Below, one piece after another: positions 39,210 through 50,479 of a stretch of 64,000 nucleotides of DNA. This stretch comes from Malacoraja senta (Eukaryota). Under the pieces are notes generated by a model. That model did not search any database. It saw only the letters and a program-made list of their open reading frames with translations, and had not been told where the DNA came from. A program made the translations under genes and the position numbers. The stretch's first letter is position 1, and every line of letters begins with the position of its first letter. Location: positions 9,798,001-9,862,000 of the forward strand of contig CM075988.1 in assembly GCA_038087875.1 (NCBI GenBank), written 5' to 3'.

Positions 39210-39355
39210 TTGGGAGGGAAAGGTGGGGGGAGGGAAAGGTGGGGGTGGGGGGAGGGAAAGGTGGGGGGGGGGAGGGAAAGGTGGGGGGGGGGGGAAGGGG
39301 GTGGAGTAGAGAGGGTGGAGAGTGGAGGGAGAGGAGGGGGAGACAGATGGGGGTG
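39210..39355 (+). repeat. G-rich tandem tract (GGGAGGGAAAGGTGGGG)n, potential G-quadruplex
   Basis: Many runs of 3-12 G separated by short loops. Confidence 0.8.
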
Positions 39356-39604
39356 TCTTCATTCACTGGCTGCGGGTGCCGGTCACTGAAACAGGCAGGT
39401 GAGATTTCACATCCACCTTGTGTGTGTGTGTCTCTCTCTCTCCCTCCCTCCCTCTCACACAGGCTGAGAGACTCTGCCTCTGTGAGTGTACGTCTCTTTC
39501 TCCCCCTCTCCCGCACACAGTAAGACCGAGGTAAGTCCATCTGTGTAAGTCCATCTGTGTCTCCCACATACACAGTAAAACTCTGCTTTGTGTGTGTATA
39601 TACG

Positions 39605-39700
39605 TCTCCCCCCCATTTCTCTCTTTCTCCCCCCCACCTCTCTCTTTCTCCCCCCCACCTCTCTCTTTCTCCCCCCCACCTCTCTCTTTCTCCCCCACAC
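39605..39700 (+). repeat. 21-bp minisatellite (about 4 copies) within a (TC)n/(CA)n low-complexity tract
   Basis: The unit CTCTCTCTTTCTCCCCCCCAC is repeated and explains the spurious GGERERW ORF. Confidence 0.85.
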
Positions 39701-40297
39701 ACAATAAGACCGATGTATTCTGCTTAGTCTCTCTTCCCTCCCACACACACAGATAGACCGAGGTCCTGTGCGCTCTTTCTCTCTCCCCCACAGTCACGCT
39801 GAAGTACACCACACTGCCTCTGTGCCTCTCTCTCTCTGTCTCTCTCCCCCTCTCTCCTTCATACACAGTCAGAGGTCCACACTGTCTCTGTGTCTCTCTC
39901 TCCCCTACACACACACACAGACTGAGGTACACACTGCCCGTTGTGTGTGTGTGTCTGCCTCTGTCTCTCTCTCCCACACACACAGTTAAAGGTACTCCAC
40001 GCTGCCTGTGTATGTGTCTCTCTCTCTCTGTCCCACTCCCCACACCCACACACAGACAGTCAGTCAGTCAGTGTGTGTGTGTGCGCCGCTGTCTCTCCCT
40101 ATCACAGTCAGAGTTAGGTACTCTCCCCGCAGTCTCTCCGCGGCCTCTCCCCGGGCAGGGTGCATCTGCCTCAGGATGCCCAGGCAGTCAGACATGACTC
40201 CGGTGGCGGGCTCCATGCACAGCTCCTGCCGGCTGGCTGGGAGCGGCGACGGAGGACAGGGGGAAGTTGGCCACTAGTGGGGCAGTCTCGGCTCTCC

Positions 40298-40343
40298 ATG
40301 CAGTCTCGCTGGATCCTCGTAATCCTTTGCCTCTGTCAAATGG
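40298..40343 (+). CDS. Candidate first coding exon encoding a signal-peptide-like N-terminus (MQSRWILVILCLCQM-G), located inside the transposon cargo
   Basis: ATG at 40298, basic residue then hydrophobic core, strong phase-1 donor TGG|GTGAGT at 40344. GC-rich upstream UTR-like sequence with acceptor CTCTCCCCGCAG at 40121-40132. Gene not identified. Confidence 0.5.
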
Positions 40344-41889
40344 GTGAGTTTAACCTGACCCCACCCCCCCCAACCTCCCTCCACCTCAACTCACCCTGGG
40401 CACCAAACCAGCTCAGGAGGCGAACCCTGAGCTCCGTCTCCAAACAATCTGATGTGCGCATCCGTCCACATTCAAAGATTTCATCTCCAGTCTCCCCACA
40501 GTGTGTAGACCTGGCAGTAAATTCAATTAAAATATAGCAAACCTCTGCCTGCTGGTCTTCTAACTACGTGATGTGTGTTTCAAACAAATCATCAGTATAA
40601 CTGCTCTGGCACTGGACGGTGCGCATTTTCCCTTTGTAGGTCACATCAATAGATGCGGCCGCGCTGAATTCTATCTTTAACTCAAAGCCGCAGGATGGAG
40701 ATGTTGCTTATTAAGACAGACCTTCATTGAAGGTTGGCTCAAGAGTAACTGGGGAGAGGAACTTGTTAACTCGGGAGACGAACTTGGAACATCGCAGAAA
40801 TGACATTTAACGGCTTGAGTCATACCCGTGGGAACTCGGTTAAACACTTGATCATACACTTGGAATCTCGTGCACAACCACGAGTCTTTCGCTCGGGGTA
40901 CCTCGTGGGTCAGCTCGCACAGTGTGACAGGGCCTTAACTCTCTCACTCTCTCTCGCGCTCTCTCTCGCGCTCTCGCTCTCTTGAGGGTTCCTTGAGGTG
41001 GCACTTCGTGTAGATCCCTTTGATTAGACCATGGATGGATGGGTAGATTGGAGCTTTTAGGGAGGCAGAAACATGCTTTTATTACTAAAAAGGCATCTAT
41101 GAAAAATAGATCAGACATGTGATCATTTATATCTCAAGAAGGGAAGAATAGGTGAAATAATGTAAGATAGGAAGAAAGACTTAGTAAAATGATTAATGGC
41201 TCGATAAGAAGATTACTGTTTCATACCTTCCCAGTTAACAGGTAAATGTTCAACATGGATATTTCACACTCTCAAGTTATTCAAATGGAGATGTCATTAA
41301 ATTAATAAATAGACGCATCCAATGTTGTTGTAAGTGGGTCCTTGGGAATGATCCATTTGTTCTTTAGTTTTTTGTCCCGAAGCCCATGGACCAAAGCCAG
41401 TTACAGTAAGTCAGTAACAGCAATGTGCCAGCACCTCAATTGTAACTGGCTGTGAATGGAAACTAGCTGCCTTCCCAGGGCATTAAGGTTGAAGACGGGG
41501 TAGGCAAGGACAAGGACGGTTCGCGGGATGACCGGATGGAGGTGACAGCTACAACAGGCTTTTATGGGCAGCTGCAGCTGTGACTGTGAAATGGTGTCAA
41601 AAAACCTGGCGACATTTGCGTATACTCAGTGGGCTGTTTCTTTGCGTTATGTGCTAACCGGGTATTGTACATATGTATGGACATAGTCTTATTGATCTGT
41701 ATGCAAAAAAAAGCATCTCACTGTGCCTTAGTACACATGATCATAATGACACCATTGAAACCATGCTTTAACCCAATGACCAGATAGAGGACAGAGGAAG
41801 CATGTAGGCTATGGCTAATTTTGAGTCTTCGTCGATAAAATATAATGGCCAGGGACCCCCTACCACCTTCAACATAACTATGTATGCAT

Positions 41890-42480
41890 TGTTTCGTTTA
41901 GTTTCGTGTAGAGATACAGCATGGAAACAGGCCCTTCGGCCCACCACCAGCGATCCCCGTGCACTAACGCTATCCTACACACTAGGGACAATTTACCATT
42001 AGACCAACCAATTAACCTACAAACGGTACGTCTTTGGATTGTGCGAGAAAACCCAAGATCTTGGAGAAAACCTACGCAGGTCACAGGGAGAACGTACAAA
42101 CTCCATACAGACAAGCACCCATAGTCAGGATCGAACTGGGGTCTCTGGCGCTGTAAAGGGCCTGTCCCACTGGACGAGTTAATTCAAGAGCTCTCCGTAG
42201 TTTAAAAAAAATCATACTCGTGGTAAGTATGTAGAATGTATGTAGCGACTACGTCGGAGCTCGTAGCGGCTCGTAATGCTAACGACAGGTACTCTTGAAA
42301 TGCGGTAACTCGTGAAGTTTTTTCAGCACTGTGAAAAATGTCCACGAGAGCCCCCGAGTACCTACGAACAGCTATTACTGTAATTCTCCGAGTTTGAATC
42401 AGGGGCACTCGGGAGAACTCTTCAATTACCTCGTACAGTGGGACAGGCCCTTAAGGCAGCAAGTCTACCATTGTGCCACT
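41890..42480 (-). mobile_element. HE1-type V-SINE split by a MITE
   Basis: GGCGCTG-TAA-GGCAGC rejoins after the MITE is removed. Confidence 0.85.
42157..42451. mobile_element. PIF/Harbinger-type MITE (295 bp)
   Basis: TIR AGGGCCTGTCCCACTG is perfect for 16 bp and imperfect to ~45 bp. TAA TSD at 42154-42156 and 42452-42454, confirmed by the host SINE sequence. Confidence 0.92.
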
Positions 42481-42967
42481 ATGGCACCATTGACCTGGTA
42501 GTATATTCTTACCCAATGAATAGTTAAACTGAGAACAGAAGTTCAGTTAGCCTGCAAGACGTAGCTCTGAGATTATTTATTTTTATTCTGAGCAAGTACA
42601 GAGAACAGTTAGACAGTGGGCAAGCAGAGATGGATAGTTGTATGGAGCACGAGGGACACTTACAGAGAGAAAGAGACACTTGAGAGGCAGAGAGAAGGAT
42701 TGGAACTTAACAAGAACAAATTAGTCAGAGACCAGGCAGATTGAGAGAGAAATTGAACAGAACTCAGCGCATGAATACTTGCTTGCAGCAGCATGGGAAT
42801 AACCAAGAGGGAAGTGGCAAGGATTGTCGGGAGGCACTGGCCTGGAAGTATGGCAGCAAGCAAGAGAGTTTATATTCGGCATTGTTCATCGGGGCATTGA
42901 GATTGAGATCGGGCAAACGGCAAAAGATTGGTCCAGTCGGCCACACTTATTACCATCATCAATAAAC

Positions 42968-44770
42968 ATGGCCATGGATAAACGGAGCGTTGATTTATGC
43001 TCAGCTTCAAACTCCTAAATACGTGTACTTGTGGTCATTCCAGAGTCATAACAATGGTATAACAGAAACCGGACCGCGAAGCACAACATGGCAGCAGCTA
43101 TTTGTGTGATTTATCCCTAGAAAGAAACAGAAAAGAGAAATCCATAGAAAAATGGACACTTTCCAGCTCAGTATAGAATGCCAGGAATGCACCTCGATAG
43201 GGCCATTACACACGTAAGTACCTGGTTGGATGCCGAGCTAACGACGGGACACTGCAAGCAGCTGAGGGTGGTGAGTGAAGGCCCACATCGCGCCCCAGTC
43301 CTGTGCAGGCCCGAGTTCAGAAGGTGGAGCGACCAGACACACACGAAGGAGCGGCGACCGGAGAGACCGGTCACACACGGGGGAGCGGCGACCGGTGAGA
43401 CCGAACGCTCACGAAGATGAAGCAAGCCAAAAGGCTGTATTTTCTTTGAAACCGAAGAGCAGTATTGAAAAGCTGTGTATGGAAAACGGTCTCGAGATAA
43501 GCAGAAGGCTGTTCGAGATAAGCCGTACTGAAAACGACTGTTACCAAGGAAAACATAAACAAGGGACCTTGGAAGTCTCAAATTTAATGATGTTTTGAAT
43601 TCCAACTTAATAAAATGTACTGAAGTATGATTGTTTATCATCGAAACTTAAAGGACCCCCCCCCTAAGATTGCGCAAGCCGTGTGTGGAACAGAAAAAAA
43701 TAATTATTTGTGTGTGAGCCCAGACCAGCGGTGTAACAGAGCCCAGACCAGCCGTGTAACAGAGCCCGGACCAGCGGTGTAACAGAGCCCGGACCAGCGG
43801 TGTAACAGAGCCCGGACCAGCGGTGTAACAGAGCCCGGAGCAGCGGTGTAACAGAGCCCGGACCAGCGGTGTAACAGAGCCCGGAGCAGCGGTGTAACAG
43901 AGCCTGGACCATCGGTGTAACAGAGCCCGGAGCAGCGGTGTAACAGAGCCCGGACCAGCGGTGTAACAGAGCCCGGACCAGCGGTGTAACAGAGCCTGGA
44001 CCAGCGGTGTAACAGAGCCCAGACCAGCGGTGTGACAGAGCCCGGACCAGCGGTGTGACAGAGCCCGGACCAGCGGTGTGACAGAGCCCGGACCAGTGGT
44101 GTAACAGAGCCCGGACCAGCGGTGTGACAGAGCCCGGACCAGTGGTGTAACAGAGCCCGGACCAGCGGTGTAACAGAGCCCGGACCAGCGGTGTGACAGA
44201 GCCCGGACCAGTGGTGTAACAGAGCCCGGACCAGCGGTGTGACAGAGCCCGGACCAGCGGTGTGACAGAACCCGGACCAGCGGTGTAACAGAGCCCGGAC
44301 CAGAGCCAGAATGGTACGAACGGTGAAATCCGTCATCAATTAAGCCCTTGACAATGGAACAGAGTGTAGCAGCAGCTTTACTCAACTTGCGTACTACACC
44401 GATTGATTCCAAGTTACCGTCACCAGCAGAGATGATGTTTGGAAGGTAGATTCGGACACCTCTGCCCACTAACCTTGACACGGACTAGACATATCAACGG
44501 CAGAGGAACTATATATTTATGTAAGACAAGGGGGATGTTGTGATATTGCAAGGACTACTTTATTATATCACAAGGACTACTTCGTTTGTCCGCATAGCAA
44601 CATGTATATGTGGGAATGACGTAATATGGGCAGGGCACTCTGGTTCCAGATGGCCATGAATAAACAGAGCCTTGATTTATGCTCAGCTTCAAACTCCTAA
44701 ATACGTGTACTTGTGGTCATCCCAGAGTCATAACAATTGTATAACAGATACCGGACTACGAAGTACAACA
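42968..44770 (+). mobile_element. Internally deleted Gypsy-type LTR retrotransposon
   Basis: Partial 5' LTR 42968-43088 followed by PBS-like TGGCAGCAG. Integrase remnant RMVRTVKSVI...ALLNLRTTPIDSKLPSPAEMMFGR*IRTPLP at ~44304-44490. Polypurine tract AAGGGGGA at 44528-44535. Complete 3' LTR 44536-44770 (TGTTGT...ACAACA). 9 mismatches in the 121 bp shared by the LTRs. Confidence 0.88.
43716..44303 (+). repeat. 23-bp tandem array, 25 full copies plus a partial copy
   Basis: Consensus GAGCCCGGACCAGCGGTGTAACA, head-to-tail with no spacers. Confidence 0.97.
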
Positions 44771-44927
44771 GGAGGAAACTAAAGATCTCGGAGAAAACGC
44801 ACACAGTCACGGGGAGAACGTACAAACTCCATACAGACAGCACCCGTACTCGGGATCGAACCCGAGTCTCCAGCGCTACACGCGCTGTAAGGCAGCAACT
44901 CTACCACTGCTCCACCCGTGGCCGCCC
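44771..44927 (-). mobile_element. HE1-type V-SINE 5' half, truncated at the LTR boundary
   Basis: GGAGGAAAC...GGATCGAACCC...GGCAGCAACTCTACC directly follows the 3' LTR. Confidence 0.8.
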
Positions 44928-45579
44928 TGAATTCTGAATTTAGAAAAGAGAAAACTCAACATTTGATTTTCAGTGAGATTTTTCCACATGATGTCCCCAC
45001 ATTTTCCCTTGTAATAAATAATCAACTATTTTAACTATGCCTCCGAGTATCTTTTCGACCACAATCATGATTATCTGGAGTCAGGATCAAAACTGCGTAC
45101 AAAATTCACCCTTTCAACAGGCTAGTTTCATTAGCAATGTACCCATTTAAAACCTATTTCCACTGTTGTGTTAAAGTAAACACCCGTTTATTAAATTATC
45201 TAAAAATATCATTGCTTCTGCCTTGATGCAATCCAACTGGGAAACTGCAAGCATCTGCTATCTTCCACTGACCATTTCTTTCTGTCAGCAAATGCTTTGT
45301 TATCTGCACCAGGGATTAAGGAATTGGATCAGTCATGCGTGAAGGAATGAAGATGGGAGAAGTGAATAAGAATATCGAGATTTTTACAGGTGAATGCAAC
45401 ACTAACCATCTCCTCCACATACTATTGTGATGATTTTAACAAGACGACTGATTACACAGCAAAATAATATTTATGAAAGATGTTTACATGGGCAACATCG
45501 CAGCAAATTTATTCTGGGTCACTTCCACACAGCTAGCTGAGGAAAGATGTACCATCATGCTTAATGTCCCTGTTGTAGT

Positions 45580-46015
45580 CTTTTATATCGAGACCAAGCG
45601 CAGGCACGGCGATCGTTTCGCTGAACACCTGCGCTCAGTCCGCCTAAACCCACCTGATCTCCCGGTTGCTTAACACTCTAACTCGCCCTCCCCTTCCCAC
45701 ACTGATCCTTCATCGTCAGAGTGAGGCCCAGCGCAAATTGGAGGAACAGCACCTCAGATTTCGCTTGGGCAGCCTGCACTTCAGCAGTGTGAACATTGAC
45801 CTCTCTAACTTCAAACAGCCTTTGCTTTCCCTCTCGTCCCATCCCCTCCCCCCAGTTCTCTGACCAGTCTTACTGTCTCCGACTACATTTTATCTCTGTA
45901 CCACCCACTCCCCTGACATCAGTCTGAAGAAGGGTCTCGACCCGAAACGTCATCCATTCCCTCTCTCCAGAGATGATGCCTGTCCCGCTGAGTTACTCCA
46001 GCATTTTGTGTCTAT
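45580..46015 (+). mobile_element. Penelope-like element 3' fragment
   Basis: YIETKRRHGDRFAEHLRSV...QRKLEEQHLRFRLGSL. pLTR with CTGAAGAAGGGTCTCGACCCGAAACGTC at 45924-45951. Confidence 0.88.
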
Positions 46016-46832
46016 GTTCTATTATTTTGACTGCTACATCTCTCAGTAAATAATTTGGATTTTTTGTGCAGATGGTACAGTTTCTGAGTCTTTACTGTAC
46101 AAATGGGCAAGCTATCCTATAAATGCTAGCAATGGCATTAAAATATGTGGGAACTGAGTGAAACTGGCAGCCAATCCATTTTTTATCTCATGAATATATG
46201 CATTCACCCCCTTGCTATCTCTTGTCTTTTTTCTTATGGCAAAACTGATGAGACAAAAGCATCGTGAATTTGTAATATATAAATCATATTCAATTGATTG
46301 AATTATCAAATTTAATGTTACAAATGCAATATAAATGCAGTAACTAGAAGAGGTTTACGTCTTCATTAGAGGGTATTAACTATGTAGGGGATGTGGGACA
46401 CACTTGGTTTGTTTTCCCTGGAGTGTTGGAAGCTGAGTGGAGAAGTTTATAAAATTCTGAGAAGCATAGGTAGGGTAGACATAACATTTTTCCCCTAAAG
46501 TGAAAATGTCAAATACTAGAGGGATTTAAGGTCAGAGGAGCAGATTGTTAATATAAAGTGGTAGGTGTCTGGAATGGTGATGGAAGGTAGGTACAATAGT
46601 GGTATTTAATAGGCTTTTAGATAGACACATGAACATACGGGAATTGAAGGATGTGGAACAGGAGTAAACAGAGGTTTAATTAGGCATCTGTAATGAGATA
46701 TGAGCAGGTTTCGACATTTTAGATCAATGATGGAGGAAGAACACGCAGACAATATCAGATTAATGGAAATAAATATTTATTAAAACAACAATAAAATTAC
46801 AACCCAATAGCACCAAAGCAGCAAATAACCAT

Positions 46833-47430
46833 TGAGTTGGGAGGTCGTGTTGCAGTTATATAAAACGTTGGTGAGGCCGCATTTAGAGTATTGTGTTCAA
46901 GGAAAGATGATTTCAAATTGGAAACAGTACAGAAAATATTTACGAAGATGTTGCCAGGACTTGAGGATCTGAGCTATAGGGAGAGATTAAACAGGCTGGG
47001 ACTCTATTGCTTGGCGTGCAGGACGATGAGGGGTGACTTTTTCACCCAAAGGATGGTGGGTGTAGGGGAGGAAGTTGAGGCAGGGACTATCGTAACATTT
47101 AAGAAACATTTAGACTGGTACATGGATAGGACAGGTTTAGAGGGATATGGGCCAATCGCAGGCAGGTGGGACAAGTGTAGATAGTATGGGCACCTTTTCA
47201 CCCAAAGGGTGGTGGGTGTATGGAACGATCTGCCATGGGAAGTAGTTGAAGCAGGGACTATCGCAACATTTAAGAAACAATTAGACAGGTACATGGATTA
47301 GAAGGTTTTGTAGGGATTTGGGCCAAACACATGTAGGTGAGACTAAAGTAGATGGGACATGTTGGTTGGTGTGGGCAAGTTGGGGCGAAGGACCTGTTTC
47401 ACGCTGTATGAAACAGGCCTTATGACTCTA
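46833..47430 (+). mobile_element. Internally deleted CR1 3' fragment with an internal tandem duplication
   Basis: FTKMLPGLEDLSYRERLNRLGLY...RGDFFTQRMVGV. The segment TTTTCACCCAAAGG...ACATGGAT appears twice (~47038 and ~47194). Confidence 0.8.
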
Positions 47431-49864
47431 TGCTCTCTGCTTCCTGCATCTGTTGTAGAACAGGAATCTTTGTTCCACTGCTCATCTCTTGATGACTCTA
47501 TGACTCTATGACTCACGTGTCCAACTACAATAAGTCGCAAAAGCTTGTCGGAATGTCCTTACGACAGATGTATCTTAAAGTCTGTAAGTCCTGGTGATAT
47601 TCTGGAATCACGGCCCGTGGTAAAGTACAGAGAGATTTGCTTGCAAGCAAGCACTTATCTAATCATCATGCCCCTAGTTCTACGCTAATCTGCAAACAAC
47701 AGCTAAATAGGTTTCTTTTGGAACTAGCTGTACTTCTCAGTGCTGAAAACAAGGGTTATTTGTTACATCAGGCACCGAGCCAGTTTTGAATGTCTCTGAG
47801 AAAGAAAAAATAATTTTATCTTCATGCTCTTGTTTTTGCCTCTGTGGATCTGAGAGCTCATGATTTACTGGTTCTTCTAAGTGAGCCCAATTATTTTCCC
47901 AAGCACCTAGTTGTGTTTCCAAGCAAGCCTGCTTGCTTGACAAGAGGTATGTTTGTGGACTACTCCACCTTATCTGAAAAGCCTGTTTAACCCTTACTAT
48001 AGTATAGTATCATGTTCGGCATAGACATGGTGGGCTGAGGGCAAAATGTGTAGGAAAGAACTGCAGATGCTGGTTTAAATCGAAGGTTATCACAAAATGC
48101 TGGAGTAACTCAGCGGGACAGGCAGCATCTCTGGAGAGAAGGATTGTGTGACGTTTTGGATCGAGACCCTTCTTCAGACTGAAGCTGGGCTGAAGGGCCT
48201 GTTCCTATGCTGCATGGTTTATGTTCTTTATCTCCTTTCTCTCATGTTTTTGCTTGTTTGTCCTCCTGCTGTTGCAGAGTTATTTACAAATTGCTTTTGA
48301 ACAAACCGCATTGAGTTGTCAATTTGGGGGACTTCATTTACTAAATAATTTCCCGTGTCGTTTTTGTCTTCAAGTCACATTGCTGGCAATTAGAATCCTG
48401 CAGAGATGAAGGAAGGCAAGGGAGGGAGACGGACCAGGAGAAATGGTGGGTGTGGGAGTTGGGGTGTTGGCAGAGGAGATTTAAAGAATAGGGAACGGAG
48501 AACTGAAAGGACAATAAAAGAGAGAGATGGAAATGAGCAATAGCATGAGGAGGGACTGGTATTAACAAGTGAAAGGTCACGAGGAGAATTGGCAGCTAGT
48601 GAGAAAGGTGGCACAGCAGCCACTGACACCTGCAGGGGATTTGACAACAGGAATTGACATTAACAAGCGAGAGATCACAGTGGGACCAGACACTTGCGGG
48701 AAAGATCAATAGATGAGCAGTGGGACAAAGATCCCCGTTCTACAAAAGATGCAGGAAGCAGAGACGTACAGGTTTGTAGGTTAATTGGCTTCGATAAATT
48801 TGTAAAATTCTCCCTAGTGTATGTAGGATGAGGATAATGTTAGTGTGCGGGGATTGCTGGTCGGCGCAAACTCGATGGGCCGAAGGGCTTGTTTCCACGC
48901 TGTCTATCTAAACTAAACTAAACTAAACTAAACTATACCGAGAGAATTAAAGCATAGATAGACATGACATGTTGGAGTAACTCAGCAGGACAGGCAGCAT
49001 CTCTGGAGAGAAGGAATGCCTGTCCCGTTGAGATACTCCAGCAATTTGTGTCTATTTTCGGTTTAAACCAGCATCTGCAGTTCCTTGCTACAGAATTAAA
49101 GCATAGCAGGTAAGGAAACGGGGTAAGCGGCAATTAGCAAGGCACAATGAAAGTGACATTCACCGAGTAGAAAATGGGAAGCCACCATCCTAGTGAAATG
49201 CACTATAGGGCTGGTCACAGGATTAGAAGATTCCTAGTAGGCTTGTTACCCACAGCATATATCTACAATAGAAATAAGAAATGAGAAAACTGGACACTGA
49301 TTAGGAGAGGATGCTGAACATAGCAAAGTAGCCTTCAAGAAAAGTAAAATTAAGAGATCAGCAGTAAAATAAATTGGACTGATTCCATGGCTACCATCTT
49401 GTCTGAGAAAGGCATGCCTGTACATTGAAGACATCAGAGCATGTGATCCAATGGGATAATGAGGGTTTTAATGTTACAGGGAGCAAGAGTGCATGCATTC
49501 ATAATCTTATAGTTCTTGCATATTGTTTTGGTCCCCATTCCTTTCCAAATAATAATGGTGTTTAAGAACTGCAGATGCTGGTTTATACCGAAGATAGACA
49601 GAAAATGCTGGAGTAACTCAATAGGTCAGGCAGCATCTCTGCTGTGTTACTCCAGCATTTTCTGTCTATCTTATGGCGATGGTTTTAGTGGTGTTTGTAT
49701 ATTCTGCTTCACTATTGAAGCACAGAAAAAAAGGGATATTGAGCATTTCTGTTGGCCGGTCCAATATCTACATTAATTTCCTTTGGTTCTAGAGACTTCA
49801 ATGACATAGATTTTCAGAAGGAGAGTACTTTTGCAGCAGTTGTTATATTTTACATGCTCCACTT

Positions 49865-50150
49865 GGTGCTTTGCTTCAACTCTGGTTTTGTCTTCTGAGG
49901 TGATTGGTGAGGCCAATATGGAAACTACAGACCCTTCGCCAGCTGGGGCAGGAATTACTTGCCAAGGCAAGATAGGTGCATGGTATGTTTTGTGCGGCAC
50001 TGCTCATTACCTATACAGGCTCCGACTGTGTACTCCTGATGCATGGCCCTCTGATACTCAATACCACCCCCAAGTGCTCCACTTTGTGCAGTCACAAGCT
50101 GGAGACTCCGGGAGTCAATGGCGATGCTGCAGGTAACACAACCAGCTGAG
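49865..50150 (-). mobile_element. Old RTE-clade LINE C-terminal fragment
   Basis: The minus strand encodes NSCPSWRRVCSFHIGLTNHLRRQ, the degenerate C2H2-like C-terminus typical of RTE ORFs. Confidence 0.7.
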
Positions 50151-50479
50151 GGCACAATGTTCAGATGTACTTTACACCAATGGAATAAAATAGTTTTTTA
50201 GTGTGTATATAATAAAATATGTGTTTTGGGCAATATTTATCCATCAACCAGTATCATTAAAAATAGATATAATGTGGAGATGCTGTGTGAGTTCTCGCTG
50301 CACACAAATTACTTTTTTTTCAAAAGCATTTCCTTGGCGGCATGCTTTACAAGACTGTAAAACCACCAACGTCATCACTTGAGAGCAGGTCCTTTTTTTG
50401 TTCTGTATCTTTGAAATAAGAAAATATTTTGCAAAACGCTTTCATTGCCTATGCAGGCCGTCGGAGTACATGAAAAGTG

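Larger units (their letters stand above)
38777..40934. mobile_element. 2.16-kb non-autonomous PIF/Harbinger-like transposon carrying apparent host-derived cargo
   Basis: Perfect 41-bp inverted repeat CCCTGTCACACTGTGCGAGCTGACCCACGAGGTACCCCGAG at 38779-38819 and 40892-40932. TTAA at 38773-38776 and 40935-40938. Subterminal sequence aligns by eye to the 42157 MITE. Confidence 0.8.

Noticed and set aside
39058..40277. Long ORFs such as the GGERERW and GGEKER repeat proteins
   Set aside because: Translations of microsatellite and G-rich low-complexity DNA, open in several frames on both strands.
43716..44303. CRISPR array, or repeat-protein ORFs (277 aa, 211 aa) on the minus strand
   Set aside because: Units are head-to-tail with no unique spacers and no cas genes. 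The ORFs only reflect a stop-free 23-bp unit.
49791..50132. Possible + strand exon with TTCTAG acceptor and CAG|GTAACA donor, as a partner for the 40298 exon
   Set aside because: The region is better explained as an antisense RTE LINE fragment, and the frames starting at the acceptor contain stops.
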